Notes: generated by a model from the sequence alone, not told the origin. A stretch of DNA of 64,000 nucleotides from Waterburya sp. (GCA_965217895.1 CBDCJV010000002.1:2912001-2976000), one strand, 5' to 3'. Positions 1-10,850 are shown, counted from the first letter of the stretch. Numbers and translations are program-made.

Positions 1-115
1 TTATCTATTTTGCTTAATTTACAAATAACGCCAGCTATTCTTTGTAGCGATTGATTAATTTGATCTTACTAAACTTCAAAGCATTAGATCACTTAACAAT
101 TTTAAATGATTAATA

Positions 116-367
116 CTAGACAGCTTGACCAGCAGCCTGCCAAGCTTCAGGAGTGTAGGTTTTAAGAGAGAGAGCATGAATCGTTTCTGATGCCAACTCA
201 GCTTGCAGTGCAGCATAAACTATCTGATGCTGTTTGACTCTGGATTTGTTTGCAAAGTCTGGAGATACAATTATGGCTTCAAAATGCTGTCCGTCGCCTA
301 CAACTTTAACTTTGGCATTGGACAGTTTTTCTTGAATCATTGTTTGTACTTGTTCGGGGCTAATCAT
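116..367 (-). CDS. bolA: BolA/IbaG family protein
   Basis: 83 aa with GDGQHFEAIIVS..F..KSRVKQHQ.VY and IHALSLKTYTP, typical BolA motifs. Confidence 0.9.
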   Translation of the reverse strand: MISPEQVQTMIQEKLSNAKVKVVGDGQHFEAIIVSPDFANKSRVKQHQIVYAALQAELASETIHALSLKTYTPEAWQAAGQAV

Positions 368-736
368 ATTTTATTTTAGTAGAATGGGTATAGACTTTAA
401 TTTTAGACAGTATTTAGTTGTTGTTACCTAAACCTAATTTGCTTTATGCAATTAAGTTATTAGGCATCTGTGACAAGTTAAAGGACTACGCTTTTTGTTA
501 ACTGGTTTTTAGCTCTTAGCTCTCAGCTATTAGCTATTAGCTTTTGAACTGTTTTTCATGAACTTTATTTTTCATGAACTTTAAATATCTGATGGCGATC
601 GCGCCATACTAACTCAGTCTAATCCATATCAGGTGTTATCCGAAACACAAGATGATCGGTGCATCGCGGTCTTTGCTGCACTCTCGCGGTGGAGGTTTCC
701 AAAGGCGGCTTTTTCTTAACTTGTCACCAATGGTTA

Positions 737-1435
737 TTAGGGATTAGGAATCGCTGGATCTGCACTTGGCGGTTGAGCTTCTGGGTTAGGAGCTTGAGGG
801 GCAGTTTCAGGGGAAGACTGAGGAGACTGGGGAGTAGATGCTGGATTTTGCGGAGGAGTAGAATCTGGTTTGGAAATAGTAAGAGGCGTGTCTACAAAAC
901 CCATCTCTAATAGCTGATCGTAAGCCTTTTTACCCAATCCAATTCCTGGGCTTTGAGAGGTAATAACTTGAATTAGCAAAGGAATAGATAATTCTGGGTT
1001 TCCCTGCGCTCGATGAACTAAAGCCAACTGATAAGTTGCATTGTCTCTGGCAACACCAGTTTCTAAAGCTTTTTTGCGCTGAGATTCAGCAGCAGCATTA
1101 TCTATTCCAGTGGTGCTTTGAAATAGCTGAAGATAGAAGTTAGATAGTTGGTTGTATACCTGACGCGCACTCTGTAATTTCTTTGCTGCTAGAGCATAAT
1201 TTTGATTATCAATAGCCTTATCGGCTTCCTCCATCAGTTTTTTTCCTCCTTCGATGCTAAAAATGCTGGCTGAGGGAAGAGAATTACCTTCAGTGGCTTT
1301 ATTTTCAGTCGATTGAGACTCTGCGGGAGTAGTTGTTGGCTGTGCTTGAATAGAAGCAATAGGAAAACCAATTAAAAATAAAGTCAAAAACAATAAGCGA
1401 GGCACAGAAGAGTTAATTATATTTAGTTTAAGCAT
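737..1435 (-). CDS. Conserved cyanobacterial secreted/periplasmic protein (TPR-like helices, Pro-rich tail)
   Basis: N-terminal signal-like hydrophobic segment, helical core (ATYQLALVHRAQ..PELSIPLLIQ), Pro/Gln-rich C-terminus. Confidence 0.7.
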   Translation of the reverse strand: MLKLNIINSSVPRLLFLTLFLIGFPIASIQAQPTTTPAESQSTENKATEGNSLPSASIFSIEGGKKLMEEADKAIDNQNYALAAKKLQSARQVYNQLSNFYLQLFQSTTGIDNAAAESQRKKALETGVARDNATYQLALVHRAQGNPELSIPLLIQVITSQSPGIGLGKKAYDQLLEMGFVDTPLTISKPDSTPPQNPASTPQSPQSSPETAPQAPNPEAQPPSADPAIPNP

Positions 1436-1625
1436 AGGTTATGTTTTACCATTTTGTTTCGGTCTTGAGAGGTGATGGCTTTAAGGCTTCAGGTATCTTA
1501 TCACCCAAATAACCCGCATGTGAAAATCAAAAACTTTACTTTGATTGTGATTTGAAAACTGGTTGATTTATCATTTGATCGCTTATGGTGGAAAGGTTTA
1601 TTTCTAGGCAGCTTTAGCTTAGTCT

Positions 1626-3041
1626 ATGTATCGCTTAATTTGGATTTTATCCTGCATAACTTTAATTACCGCTTGTCAGAAAACGCCTTCTAGACTAGCT
1701 AATTTACCTCAAGATAAATTTATTCAAGCTTATTTTAATCATCGACAGAGTAATGATGATACTTACATCGATCCTTATCGTCAAATAGAACATTCAGGTG
1801 ATAATTTAGAGGCAGTAGTCATTAACGAGATAGAAAAAGCAAAAACTAATATCGATCTAGCTGTACAAGAGCTAAATTTACCATTAGTTGCCCAGGCTCT
1901 AGCTCAAAGTTATCGCTCAGGGGTAAAAATAAGAGTAATTTTAGATAATAATTATAGTCGCCCTTTAAGTAGTTTAAGCTCACAGCAAATTAAGCAGTTC
2001 AACCAGAGCGATCGCCTAAAATATAATCAGTTTTTTCAGTTAGTAGATCTCAACCACGATGGTCGTTTAAGTTCTCAAGAAATTGCCCAAAGAGACGCTT
2101 TAGCGATTTTAGAACAGGCAGGTATTCCTGTCATTGACGATGCTGCTGATGGCTCAAAGGGAAGCGGTTTGATGCACCATAAATTTATGGTAGTTGATGG
2201 CGAAAAAGTAGTCACAGGGTCAGCGAATCTAACCCTCAGTGGTGTTCATGGAGATATTGATAATTTAAATACCACAGGTAATGTTAATCATTTACTTACT
2301 ATTAATAATAGGCAGGTTGCCAGCTTATTTACTGAAGAATTTGACTATATGTGGGGAGATAATCAGCAAGGCGGATTGAATAGCAAATTTGGTTTAAATA
2401 AACCTTGGCGATCGCCTGTATCTATTCAAGCAGAAAATACTCAGATTACAGTTCAATTTTCGCCTACTTCTAGCAGTAAAAATTGGCAGGATAGTACTAA
2501 TGGTCTAATTGCCAAGACAATTAATCAGGCTAACAAGTCTATCGATCTAGCATTGTTTGTTTTTAGTGACCAAGAAATAGCTAACACTTTACAAAAAAAA
2601 CAGCAGCAAGGGCTGAGCCTACGAGGTGTTTTCGACCCTGGTTTTGCCTTTCGTTACTACAGCGAAGTATTAGATATGCGAGGCATTACCCTCAGCAATA
2701 GCTCTTTGAAGCAAAGAAATTCTCTTTGCCAAGCAGAAACTGGTAACAATCCTTGGCAAAAACCTCTGCAAACTATGGGTATAGCCAATCTAAGCACGGG
2801 GGACAAGCTTCATCATAAGTTTGCCCTAATTGACGATCAAACCGTGATTTCTGGCTCACAAAATTGGTCTGAGGCTGCTAATAGTAACAATGATGAAACT
2901 GTAATGGCGATCGATAACCCAACAGTTGCCCAGCATTTTAAACAAGAGTTTGAGAACCTTTATCAAGTGGCTTTTTTCGAGCTACCTCCCAAAATAAAAA
3001 CAAAGCTTCAGCAACAACAATCTTGTAATAACAGAAATTAG
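1626..3041 (+). CDS. Phospholipase D-family nuclease, ComA-like competence lipoprotein
   Basis: Two HKD motifs (HHKFMVVD, HHKFALID), lipobox LITAC, EF-hand-like DLNHDGRLSSQE. Confidence 0.8.
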   Translation: MYRLIWILSCITLITACQKTPSRLANLPQDKFIQAYFNHRQSNDDTYIDPYRQIEHSGDNLEAVVINEIEKAKTNIDLAVQELNLPLVAQALAQSYRSGVKIRVILDNNYSRPLSSLSSQQIKQFNQSDRLKYNQFFQLVDLNHDGRLSSQEIAQRDALAILEQAGIPVIDDAADGSKGSGLMHHKFMVVDGEKVVTGSANLTLSGVHGDIDNLNTTGNVNHLLTINNRQVASLFTEEFDYMWGDNQQGGLNSKFGLNKPWRSPVSIQAENTQITVQFSPTSSSKNWQDSTNGLIAKTINQANKSIDLALFVFSDQEIANTLQKKQQQGLSLRGVFDPGFAFRYYSEVLDMRGITLSNSSLKQRNSLCQAETGNNPWQKPLQTMGIANLSTGDKLHHKFALIDDQTVISGSQNWSEAANSNNDETVMAIDNPTVAQHFKQEFENLYQVAFFELPPKIKTKLQQQQSCNNRN

Positions 3042-3159
3042 TTTTTTAGAGTTAAGCTACTTATCCCTAGATCTTCATAATCACAAAAGTTTCATACTTT
3101 GGTCGGATAGATGAAAAAAGCATTGTAGATAAAGTGAACAGGAAATAGGAGGAATAAAC

Positions 3160-4137
3160 ATGGAAACACGCAAACTAGGACAGGAACTCGAAGTTTCAGC
3201 CCTCGGACTCGGCTGCATGGGTATGTCAGAGTTTTATGGCAAACCCGACGAACAAGGAGCGATCGCCACGATTCACCGCGCTCTCGATCTCGGTGTGACG
3301 CTGTTAGATACGGCGGATATGTACGGACAGGGGGACAATGAAGAACTAGTAGGTAAGGCGATCGCCGATCGTCGCGATCATGTCATTTTAGCTACCAAGT
3401 TTGGCATTCTTCGCGGTGAGGATGCAAGCATGAGGGGCTTTAACGCTAAACCAGAATACGTACATCAGGCTTGCGACGCATCCTTGCAACGTTTGGGCAT
3501 TGACACTATCGATCTCTATTATCTGCACCGTGTCGATCCTGAAGTTCCCATCGAAGACACCGTAGGGACAATGGCGGAATTAGTACAGCAGGGAAAAGTG
3601 CGCTACCTGGGTCTATCTGAAGCTGCCCCCCAAACCATTCGTCGCGCCCAAGCAGTGCATCCAATTAGTGCGTTGCAAACTGAATATTCTCTTTGGAGTC
3701 GCGATCCTGAAGATAAGGTCTTACCTACCGTGCGCGAGTTGGGCATTGGCTTCGTGCCATACAGTCCTCTAGGAAGAGGCTTTTTATCAGGACAGTTTAA
3801 AAGTCCCGATGATTTTCCAGAAGGCGATTACCGTCGTAATTCACCCCGGTTCCAGGGAGAGAACTTTTATAAGAACTTGGAACTCGTCGATCGGGTTAAA
3901 GAAATTGCCCAAGCCAAAGAAGTAACAGCGAGTCAACTGGCGATCGCCTGGTTGCTAGCTCAAGGTAATGATATTGTGCCGATTCCTGGCACTAAGCACC
4001 GTAAGTATCTAGAAGAAAATGTTGCTGCTGCCGATATTTCCTTAACTTCAGAAGAACTAAAACAAATCGAAGCCGTTGCCCCCCAGGGAGTTGCAGCAGG
4101 CGATCGCTACTCTAATATGAGTCAGGTCAATCGTTAA
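3160..4137 (+). CDS. Aldo/keto reductase
   Basis: [47 protein letters not shown] motifs; SD AGGAGGA upstream. Confidence 0.95.
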   Translation: METRKLGQELEVSALGLGCMGMSEFYGKPDEQGAIATIHRALDLGVTLLDTADMYGQGDNEELVGKAIADRRDHVILATKFGILRGEDASMRGFNAKPEYVHQACDASLQRLGIDTIDLYYLHRVDPEVPIEDTVGTMAELVQQGKVRYLGLSEAAPQTIRRAQAVHPISALQTEYSLWSRDPEDKVLPTVRELGIGFVPYSPLGRGFLSGQFKSPDDFPEGDYRRNSPRFQGENFYKNLELVDRVKEIAQAKEVTASQLAIAWLLAQGNDIVPIPGTKHRKYLEENVAAADISLTSEELKQIEAVAPQGVAAGDRYSNMSQVNR

Positions 4138-4179
4138 CTAAATCAGACGATTGCACTTAATAAACAATCTTTACTAAAG

Positions 4180-4214
4180 TAAACGGCTAATAGCTTGTAG
4201 CTATTAGCCGTTTA
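4180..4214 (+). terminator. Perfect hairpin after the AKR gene, probable terminator
   Basis: TAAACGGCTAATAGCT-TGT-AGCTATTAGCCGTTTA inverted repeat. Confidence 0.6.
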
Positions 4215-4257
4215 TCCAATTAAATCGGCGATTATTATTACTTTTATTTTATATTTT

Positions 4258-4323
4258 ATTGATAATAATTTTCGATTAACGGCTATAATTTTTTAATCGG
4301 ACTAATTGATTAAAATTCTCAAT
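4258..4323 (+). promoter_or_regulatory. Two Fur-box-like sites flanking a TATAAT -10 box
   Basis: ATTGATAATAATTTTCGAT (4258-4276) and ATTGATTAAAATTCTCAAT (4305-4323) match ATTGAnAATnATTnTCAAT with 1-2 mismatches; TATAAT at 4284-4289. Confidence 0.7.
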
Positions 4324-4328
4324 AACCA

Positions 4329-4649
4329 ATGACTAATAAAGATCGCGAATCATATTCCTCAAGTCGAAAAAAAGACAATCTAGAACCTTCTTGTCATCTA
4401 GAACAGAATAAACTTAGTCAGGTTTTAGCGGTTAAATGGTCTTCACGCTGGGATGTATTTCGTCGGCTTAAGGAACTAGAGATAAATTGTCAGTGTTCCA
4501 CCAATGAGCCTTTGCTGGTTCATTTGCATAGTCCAGCTACTGCTATACAAATTTGGAGTGTAGTTAGACAATTCAATGGATCTCGCCAGGAATTGATTGG
4601 TTGCTTAGATGATTGCTGGCAGATAAGGTACGATCGTAGAAGCAAATAA
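4329..4649 (+). CDS. Asr1405/Asl0597-family small protein
   Basis: V.W..RW.V.RRL.EL.I.C.C...PL.V...SP..AIQ.WSV.RQ...SRQEL...L..CW pattern. Confidence 0.75.
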   Translation: MTNKDRESYSSSRKKDNLEPSCHLEQNKLSQVLAVKWSSRWDVFRRLKELEINCQCSTNEPLLVHLHSPATAIQIWSVVRQFNGSRQELIGCLDDCWQIRYDRRSK

Positions 4650-4665
4650 TTTTGAGCGAGCAACG

Positions 4666-5253
4666 ATGAAAAAAGCAGATAATGCAGTCTCTTCTTTTAA
4701 TCTCAGTGGAAAATTGAGCAAAATCAAGCTTGAGAAACATAAAATTAAATACATCAAACTGGCTACCGAGCAAAATAAAGTTTGGATCAAGATCGGCAAA
4801 AAGCTGAGAAAGCAGATTTCACAACTACCGCTGGAGTCTAAGCTAGAGGTAGCAGGAAAGCTTAAGCAGTATCCCAAAACTGGTAAGGTTAAATACAAAG
4901 CCCAAACTATTACTGTACTGCCTCAAAACCTGGAGCAATCTGCCAAAATTAAAACCAAGCAGGTTTCTTTACTGCCTGTATTTGACTCTAAAACAAAATC
5001 AAAAGCCAAAGTGTTGATCTGCCAAAAGTCTAACTGCTGGAAAAAAGGAGGAAAACAAGTCTTTGAAGAATTAGAATCCGTATTGAGCGATCGCAATTTA
5101 AGCGAGCAGATTCCAATTCGCAAAACAGGCTGTTTAAACAAATGCAAAAAAGCACCTAATTTAGTCATGTTGCCTGACAAAGCTCATTACACCAAGGTCA
5201 AACCAAAGCAGGTTGCTGATTTTGTGGAAAAGCACCTAATCTCTGAAGCTTAA
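4666..5253 (+). CDS. Thioredoxin-like (2Fe-2S) ferredoxin domain protein
   Basis: C-terminal CQKSNC...TGCLNKCKKAPN Cys motif; follows the Asr1405-like gene. Confidence 0.85.
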   Translation: MKKADNAVSSFNLSGKLSKIKLEKHKIKYIKLATEQNKVWIKIGKKLRKQISQLPLESKLEVAGKLKQYPKTGKVKYKAQTITVLPQNLEQSAKIKTKQVSLLPVFDSKTKSKAKVLICQKSNCWKKGGKQVFEELESVLSDRNLSEQIPIRKTGCLNKCKKAPNLVMLPDKAHYTKVKPKQVADFVEKHLISEA

Positions 5254-5630
5254 ACAACAGTTAAGGTAGTTAAAGCAGTAAGAACAGTAAAGATTTAGTG
5301 CCTGGATGAACATTGATAAGTCGCCATTTTAAACTCCTAAGAAACAAATTAATTTGTTAGGAATGGTAAAAAGGGAAAGAAGAAAGGGGAAAAGGGTAAT
5401 TTGTTTCTTTCTGAGATTACAAATCTAAATTCGTCGGACGCTGATGTTAGGCAATTAAGACGAAAATCTTGAGATACATAAACGCTACAAACAGACAAGT
5501 TATTATCCATTGTTGACAAGTTAAGATTGTGTGTTGTTTGTCAACTGTAGTCATTCTAAATAGAAACCGTAGCAGTTAAGCCTAAACCTTCTGCCCTCTG
5601 CCTTCTATAGCAATACTTATATTAGGACAC

Positions 5631-5766
5631 TTGCTACTTACTACTTGCTACTTACTACTTGCTACTTGCTACTTGCTACTTGCTACTTGCTACTTACTAC
5701 TTACTACTTGCTACTTGCTACTTACTACTTGCTACTTGCTACTTGCTACTTGCTACTTGCTACTTA
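5631..5766. repeat. Heptamer tandem repeat (STRR-like), about 19 units of TTGCTAC/TTACTAC
   Basis: Directly visible; generates spurious LLATCY ORFs in all three frames. Confidence 0.95.
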
Positions 5767-5924
5767 CAAGCAGTTCATTTTCCTGTCCTGTCTTGGTGCG
5801 CGTTCCCTTGCGCCTGTCGGCGACGCGGGGTCGCACCGCTAACCAGTCAACGGACTGCGATACTACAGATAAACCTGCGGAAATTAATTGGAATGACTAT
5901 AGTTTTTAGCTTTTAGCTTGCAGC

Positions 5925-7250
5925 CTAGAGCTTAGAGCTATTGAATTGAGTCTGATTACGCTGTGGATCGCCTAGATACCAGTGGTTTTTTTGAGTCAAA
6001 CTAAAGCTATTAGGTCTTAATTTCCACGTCTGAACTAGCTCATTTAACAACTTGTCCTGCTGTTGGCGAAAATACTCTACCTGATGACCATGGTTAATAA
6101 TAGTAAAATAAACTCTACCGTGTTGCGATCGCCCAGCAAGTCCTTCAGTAGAAATAACACCAGCTAAGGCACTAACATTATCTAGTGTTCCCGTTTTGAT
6201 AGTTGTGCCAGGAGGTAAGCCCCGATCCTTCACCGTGCCGACAATATCTCTGCCTGCGGTGGGAAACAAGTCTGTGGCACTAAAAGAATATTTCTCCAGT
6301 AATCTATCAATAGTCATTAACATCTTGCAGATGGCGCGAGGAGAAATACGATTTTCTTCTCCTAAACCTGAACCATTAACTAGGTGAATTTCTGTGCTAG
6401 GAAAGCCAGCTATATCGGCAGCAGCTTGAGCAACTTTATTCGCCCCACCAGCTAAATCAGCTAACATCTGTGCCATCTGATTATTACTGTAGATGTTCAT
6501 TTGTCTGAGGATCTCTGCTAAAGGCAAAGACTGGTGGGTAATCAGTAACCGAGCATCTGGTGGCACTTTGGCAATTGCCTTAACCTTACCAGCGATCGCA
6601 ATTTCTGGCTGTTTTGTTCCTGGTGGCATTTGCAGATATTGCTCAGTAGCTTCCCTTTGCCATAACTTTTGATTTAATCCTTCTTTTAACAATTCTCCTG
6701 CCATTTCTGGCTTGTTTTCAAAATTCATATAAAACTTGTCCGTCACTAAGATATCGCCCTGCACCTGACGAATACCTAGTTGATTTAATGTGTTGCCCAA
6801 AGCGATCGCTTCTTCCCAAACAAACAAAGGATCGCCACTTCCTTCAACAACTAAATCTCCAGTGAGAATACCGTTTTTAATTTCTTTAGTCGTCAATATT
6901 TTAGTCGTAAACTGATGTTTTGCGCCCCATTTATGCAGTGCAGTCAAAGTAGTGGCAATTTTGCTCAATGAAGCCGCAGGAAGCAGCGTTTTTCCCTGAT
7001 TACTAGCTAATGTTGTCCAGTCTGATTGCACCCATACTCCCTGTTGTTCAGGTTTAATTCCTTGGGTGGTTAGATTTTGGAGATAAGTTTTAACAATGCT
7101 TTGAGTCAATGGATCTTGAGTAATAGTAGGCAGATTAAAAATAACTGAATTTTGCCAAGGAAACTCTTGCAAAGGCTGCAAGTTTTGCTTAGGTGGCACA
7201 AAAATATTTAGCCAAGCAGCAATCATGCTTGAAATAATTAAATCTAGCAC
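5925..7250 (-). CDS. dacB: D-alanyl-D-alanine carboxypeptidase (peptidase S13, PBP4 type)
   Basis: PAASLSK (SxxK), YSNN (SxN) and KTGTL (KTG) motifs; NGSGL. Confidence 0.9.
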   Translation of the reverse strand: MLDLIISSMIAAWLNIFVPPKQNLQPLQEFPWQNSVIFNLPTITQDPLTQSIVKTYLQNLTTQGIKPEQQGVWVQSDWTTLASNQGKTLLPAASLSKIATTLTALHKWGAKHQFTTKILTTKEIKNGILTGDLVVEGSGDPLFVWEEAIALGNTLNQLGIRQVQGDILVTDKFYMNFENKPEMAGELLKEGLNQKLWQREATEQYLQMPPGTKQPEIAIAGKVKAIAKVPPDARLLITHQSLPLAEILRQMNIYSNNQMAQMLADLAGGANKVAQAAADIAGFPSTEIHLVNGSGLGEENRISPRAICKMLMTIDRLLEKYSFSATDLFPTAGRDIVGTVKDRGLPPGTTIKTGTLDNVSALAGVISTEGLAGRSQHGRVYFTIINHGHQVEYFRQQQDKLLNELVQTWKLRPNSFSLTQKNHWYLGDPQRNQTQFNSSKL

Positions 7251-7280
7251 AAATGTAATTATTAATGATGAAAAATAAAA

Positions 7281-7382
7281 ATGTTTAAAAATTTACTTCC
7301 TCTACTCAACGATCACAATTTAACCTGTCCCGATACTATTTACCCCATCGTGGTTCATTTTGTAATGGCGATCGCCCTCTTT
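7281..7382 (+). pseudogene. N-terminal remnant of a DUF2231-like membrane protein
   Basis: LNDHNL..PDTI.PIVVHFV.A..LF resembles cyanobacterial DUF2231 N-termini; similarity ends just after HIP1 at 7368-7375. Confidence 0.6.
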
Positions 7383-8175
7383 CTTTTGTTAAATTCGCGA
7401 CTCAGTATCAGTTGCTATTCAAACCCCATTAACGATAGTTACGATCACATTTATGAATCTTAATACTCTGTTTTTCAAACAGAAACCTATATAACACTCA
7501 TGATTATTTTTAATGTAATAACAATTACATTTTTTGACTAAGATAATATGTTGTGACTCAAAAAAATAGTCTCTATAATCAGTCATAACGCTGATATACA
7601 ACCAAGTAAATTAATTTACTACTTGTACAATACATATTAAAAAATAAACTAAGGGGGGGGGTATAAGTTGATCTTATTAATGTTTTATAATTTAGTAATT
7701 TACTATACACATTTTACTTAATTCTAATTAGCATAAACTATCCAGAAAAGGCAAGATTTAACGAGGCTAGCAATCTCTATTACTGTTTCGTAATAACTAC
7801 GGAGCAAGCATTTCAAGCGCAATTAGACCATGAAAGCCTCGTTAGCTTTTCTCTATATTATGTGTGATAAATTACATTAATTTCTCTGGATTTTAAAACT
7901 TTATTTAAGCGTTGAGTATGAACATATTTTGTTGTACACTGACACCCATGACACCCAGTGAAACAAAAAGCTTAATTGATTTTTAACTTCGCATATTTAA
8001 GAATTGCTTAAACTTAGATTTTTTAAGCATCTGATCGTTGTCGAAGTTAAAAGTTAATAGAAAAGCCAGAAAACGAGAATTTTTTCAAGTGTTTTTCTTG
8101 TGACGCATAACGAGCACTAATACAATTCCGTTTGATACACTACCAAATTTTCTAACAATACTAAGAGGAGTAAGA

Positions 8176-9423
8176 ATGACGCGCTCGAATCAACTTATCA
8201 TTGGGTGTGCCTCAACAGGAGCAAAATTTACCCCACTCAATCATCGTTCTACTGATAACTTGCATTTTGATAACATCTGTTGGGGTACAGATATTCCAAT
8301 TACTAGAGATGAGATCCAGTTAGAACTCGATCTTATATACGCTCTAGGCTGTCGATATTATCACTATCATGCTCGTAATCCAGTAACACGTGAACAAACT
8401 ACAGATAATGTAGTCTATCAAGGTATAAGCCAGCTTATTCAATCAAGATGTCCAGATACATTAATCAGCTTTGGAACCAGCCGAAATGGGAAAGAGGTCA
8501 GAGACGCTATTAATAAATTTGGCGAATGGGAAAGAGTAAGCCAATGTGCACTTCCTATACATTTAGGAGGAGCACACTTGGTTACGATACAAGCAGCAAT
8601 TGAGCTTCAAATTATCTGCCAGATTGAGCGAAATACAAAGCATCTCTGTCAGAAAGACATCGAAAGCATTAAGTTTCTTGAAACAATAAGCTCTTATAAT
8701 CCGTCATATAAAAGAGAAAAATTCGCTATAGAGACCAACTCCACATCAAAAGGTTCAAACTACGGGTCTTCGTCTCCTAAAGTTCAGTTCGATACTTATC
8801 GAAGCGCGATCAATTAGAGAAATCAACTAAATCTCTTACATGAGGTTGAGTGGACTCAGTTCAATCGTAGTTATGCAATGACACGGTTTGCTATCGAACA
8901 CCCCCAACTGAGGTTAGGTAGTTCAGGGCAAATTAGTATTACATTGTTATTTGGATTCTCACCGCGTCTTCCCTTTCCAAAGACATACAATGAATTTAAA
9001 AAGGTCGTGAATGCTGCTAAACGGCTAGAATATGACGTTGGTGGAAAAGAAAGGAAAAGGCGGATCAGTATTACGGTTGGAGCCGCTGTGATGCTAAATC
9101 AAGCTCAAGAAAACTTTAGGGAGTTAGATATTGGGTCGTTTCAAGGAGAAAAGATGTGTGCACTTCGGCGGCTTGTGGCTTACGCGACTCAACCTGATAG
9201 CAATGTAGATGTTCTCAGAACTGGAATGGAAGACACTCCGTACGAGGTTACGCCTGATGGACATATCGTTCGGACAAATAATGTTAGGTTAATACAAATT
9301 GTAACTTCAGAACTTAAAAGAAATGGAGTTGAAATTGAAACAGATTCGGGTCGAGTTCGTGACCGATTGGGACTTACAAATTTGAATAAAGTATACCTAG
9401 AGTCTTTAAAAAGTAAGGTGTAA
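8176..9423 (+). pseudogene. BKACE / 3-keto-5-aminohexanoate cleavage enzyme family (DUF849) gene interrupted by one in-frame TAG
   Basis: TGA..., IPIT..EI, HYHARNP and RTGMEDT motifs; ORFs 8176-8817 and 8878-9423 share a frame separated only by TAG at 8815-8817. Confidence 0.8.
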
Positions 9424-9445
9424 AGCTTAATCTACAGGTATTTAT

Positions 9446-10681
9446 ATGAAGAACCATGAGGAAAAATCAGTAGAGTTACACAATCAAAATTTTCGTTGGG
9501 CTGTGCTTATTGTTGCGACTGTTGCACAGGCGACCGCCTGTTTTCTGGTTCAGGGACTTGGTGCTTTTGCAGAATATATGCAAGAGGCTTTTAATCTAAG
9601 CACTTTCGAGATTGGGCTACTCGTTTCGGCTGCACAATTCTTCCCAGTTATCGGATTGCTAGTTGCTGGCGAACTGCTTGACCGCTTTAGCGAAAGACTG
9701 ATCGTTGGGGTCGGGTCATTGATCGTTGCTGCTTCTCTTTTTATTTTATCCTATGCTAGGAGTTATGAAAATATTCTGATCGGGCTTTTTATCGTAGGCA
9801 TGGGCTATAGTACTGCACAACCAGGTGGAAGCAAGTCGGTATCAATATGGTTCTCAAAGTCGCAACGCGGATTGGCGATGGGGATTCGTCAAGCTGGTTT
9901 ACCTCTAGGTGGTGCGCTCGCAGCGGCAAGTCTACCACTAGTAGCGGCAAGTTATGGGTGGCGTGCGGCATTCCTTGTAGGAGCCAGTGTTGCGTTTATT
10001 GGTGGTGTTCTATTCATCATTGTCTATAGGTCACCAATTGTTAGTACTCCTAATACTCAGAATCAAAGGGTCGTATCAATTAAAGCTGCTTTGCGTAATC
10101 GATTATCTTTGTTAAAGCATCCCAGTATGCGGAATATAGTGTGGTCTGGGATAACGTTGATAACAACACAATATGGTATAGTCATTTTTCTCGCGCTTTA
10201 TGTGCATGAAAGGTTTAATGTGTCGGTCGAGAACAGTACCAATATGCTTTTGGTTGCTCAATGCGCAGGTGTGCTTGGACGTATTACACTTGCAGCGTGG
10301 AGCGATCAAAGTAGATATGGACGATATTTTCCAGTTGTAACCAGCATGAGTGCGCTGATTTTGGGCTTGATTATGCTCTTAATGTTGTGGACAAAATTAT
10401 TAATAATATTATTCCCTCTTGCAGCTTGGCTTGGTTTTTTTGGACTTGGTTGGTATGGACCGTGGGTAGCCTATGTTAGCGAATCAGCTCCTCCTGAAAG
10501 AGTAGGGTTTGCACTAGGTTTAGTAATGGCAATCAACCAGGTAGCGGTAATAGGAAGTCCGCCGTTGTTTGGGTGGTTGCGAGATATAACGGGCAGCTAT
10601 GTCACTAGCTGGTCTCTACTGATTGCGATATTAATTAGTTCTATTCTTTGGCAATTTTTTGCATTCCTTTATAGGAGATGA
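9446..10681 (+). CDS. MFS transporter
   Basis: About 12 TM segments; GELLDRFSER motif A; WFSKSQRGLAMGIRQAGLPLGG. Confidence 0.92.
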   Translation: MKNHEEKSVELHNQNFRWAVLIVATVAQATACFLVQGLGAFAEYMQEAFNLSTFEIGLLVSAAQFFPVIGLLVAGELLDRFSERLIVGVGSLIVAASLFILSYARSYENILIGLFIVGMGYSTAQPGGSKSVSIWFSKSQRGLAMGIRQAGLPLGGALAAASLPLVAASYGWRAAFLVGASVAFIGGVLFIIVYRSPIVSTPNTQNQRVVSIKAALRNRLSLLKHPSMRNIVWSGITLITTQYGIVIFLALYVHERFNVSVENSTNMLLVAQCAGVLGRITLAAWSDQSRYGRYFPVVTSMSALILGLIMLLMLWTKLLIILFPLAAWLGFFGLGWYGPWVAYVSESAPPERVGFALGLVMAINQVAVIGSPPLFGWLRDITGSYVTSWSLLIAILISSILWQFFAFLYRR

Positions 10682-10729
10682 CATTAACGAATCGGAAAGC
10701 AGAAACAGCAATGCGATCGCTCTATAACT

Positions 10730-10850
10730 TTATCTTAAGTATCTTAGAAGTGTAGATTCTGAGCGATCAATGGGCAAATTATTTGATTTACCAGAAGAAA
10801 TAAAATTAGACACAATACAAGTTTTAGATGAAGATTGGTTTCCTGATTAA
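10730..10850 (+). pseudogene. Possible C-terminal remnant of a DUF29-like protein
   Basis: Frame ends ...IQVLDEDWFPD*, resembling DUF29 C-termini; starts just after HIP1 at 10713-10720. Confidence 0.35.

Noticed and set aside
540..720. GC-richer intergenic stretch as a riboswitch or ncRNA
   Set aside because: No recognisable family; contains fragments (GCGGTCTT, GGAGGTTTCC) resembling the dispersed repeat at 29501-29556
5631..5916. Three overlapping LLATCY-repeat ORFs
   Set aside because: Artefact of a 7-bp tandem repeat; no spacers, so not a CRISPR array either
8815..8817. Pyrrolysine recoding of the amber codon
   Set aside because: No pyl genes in the window and not known in cyanobacteria; a nonsense mutation is more parsimonious
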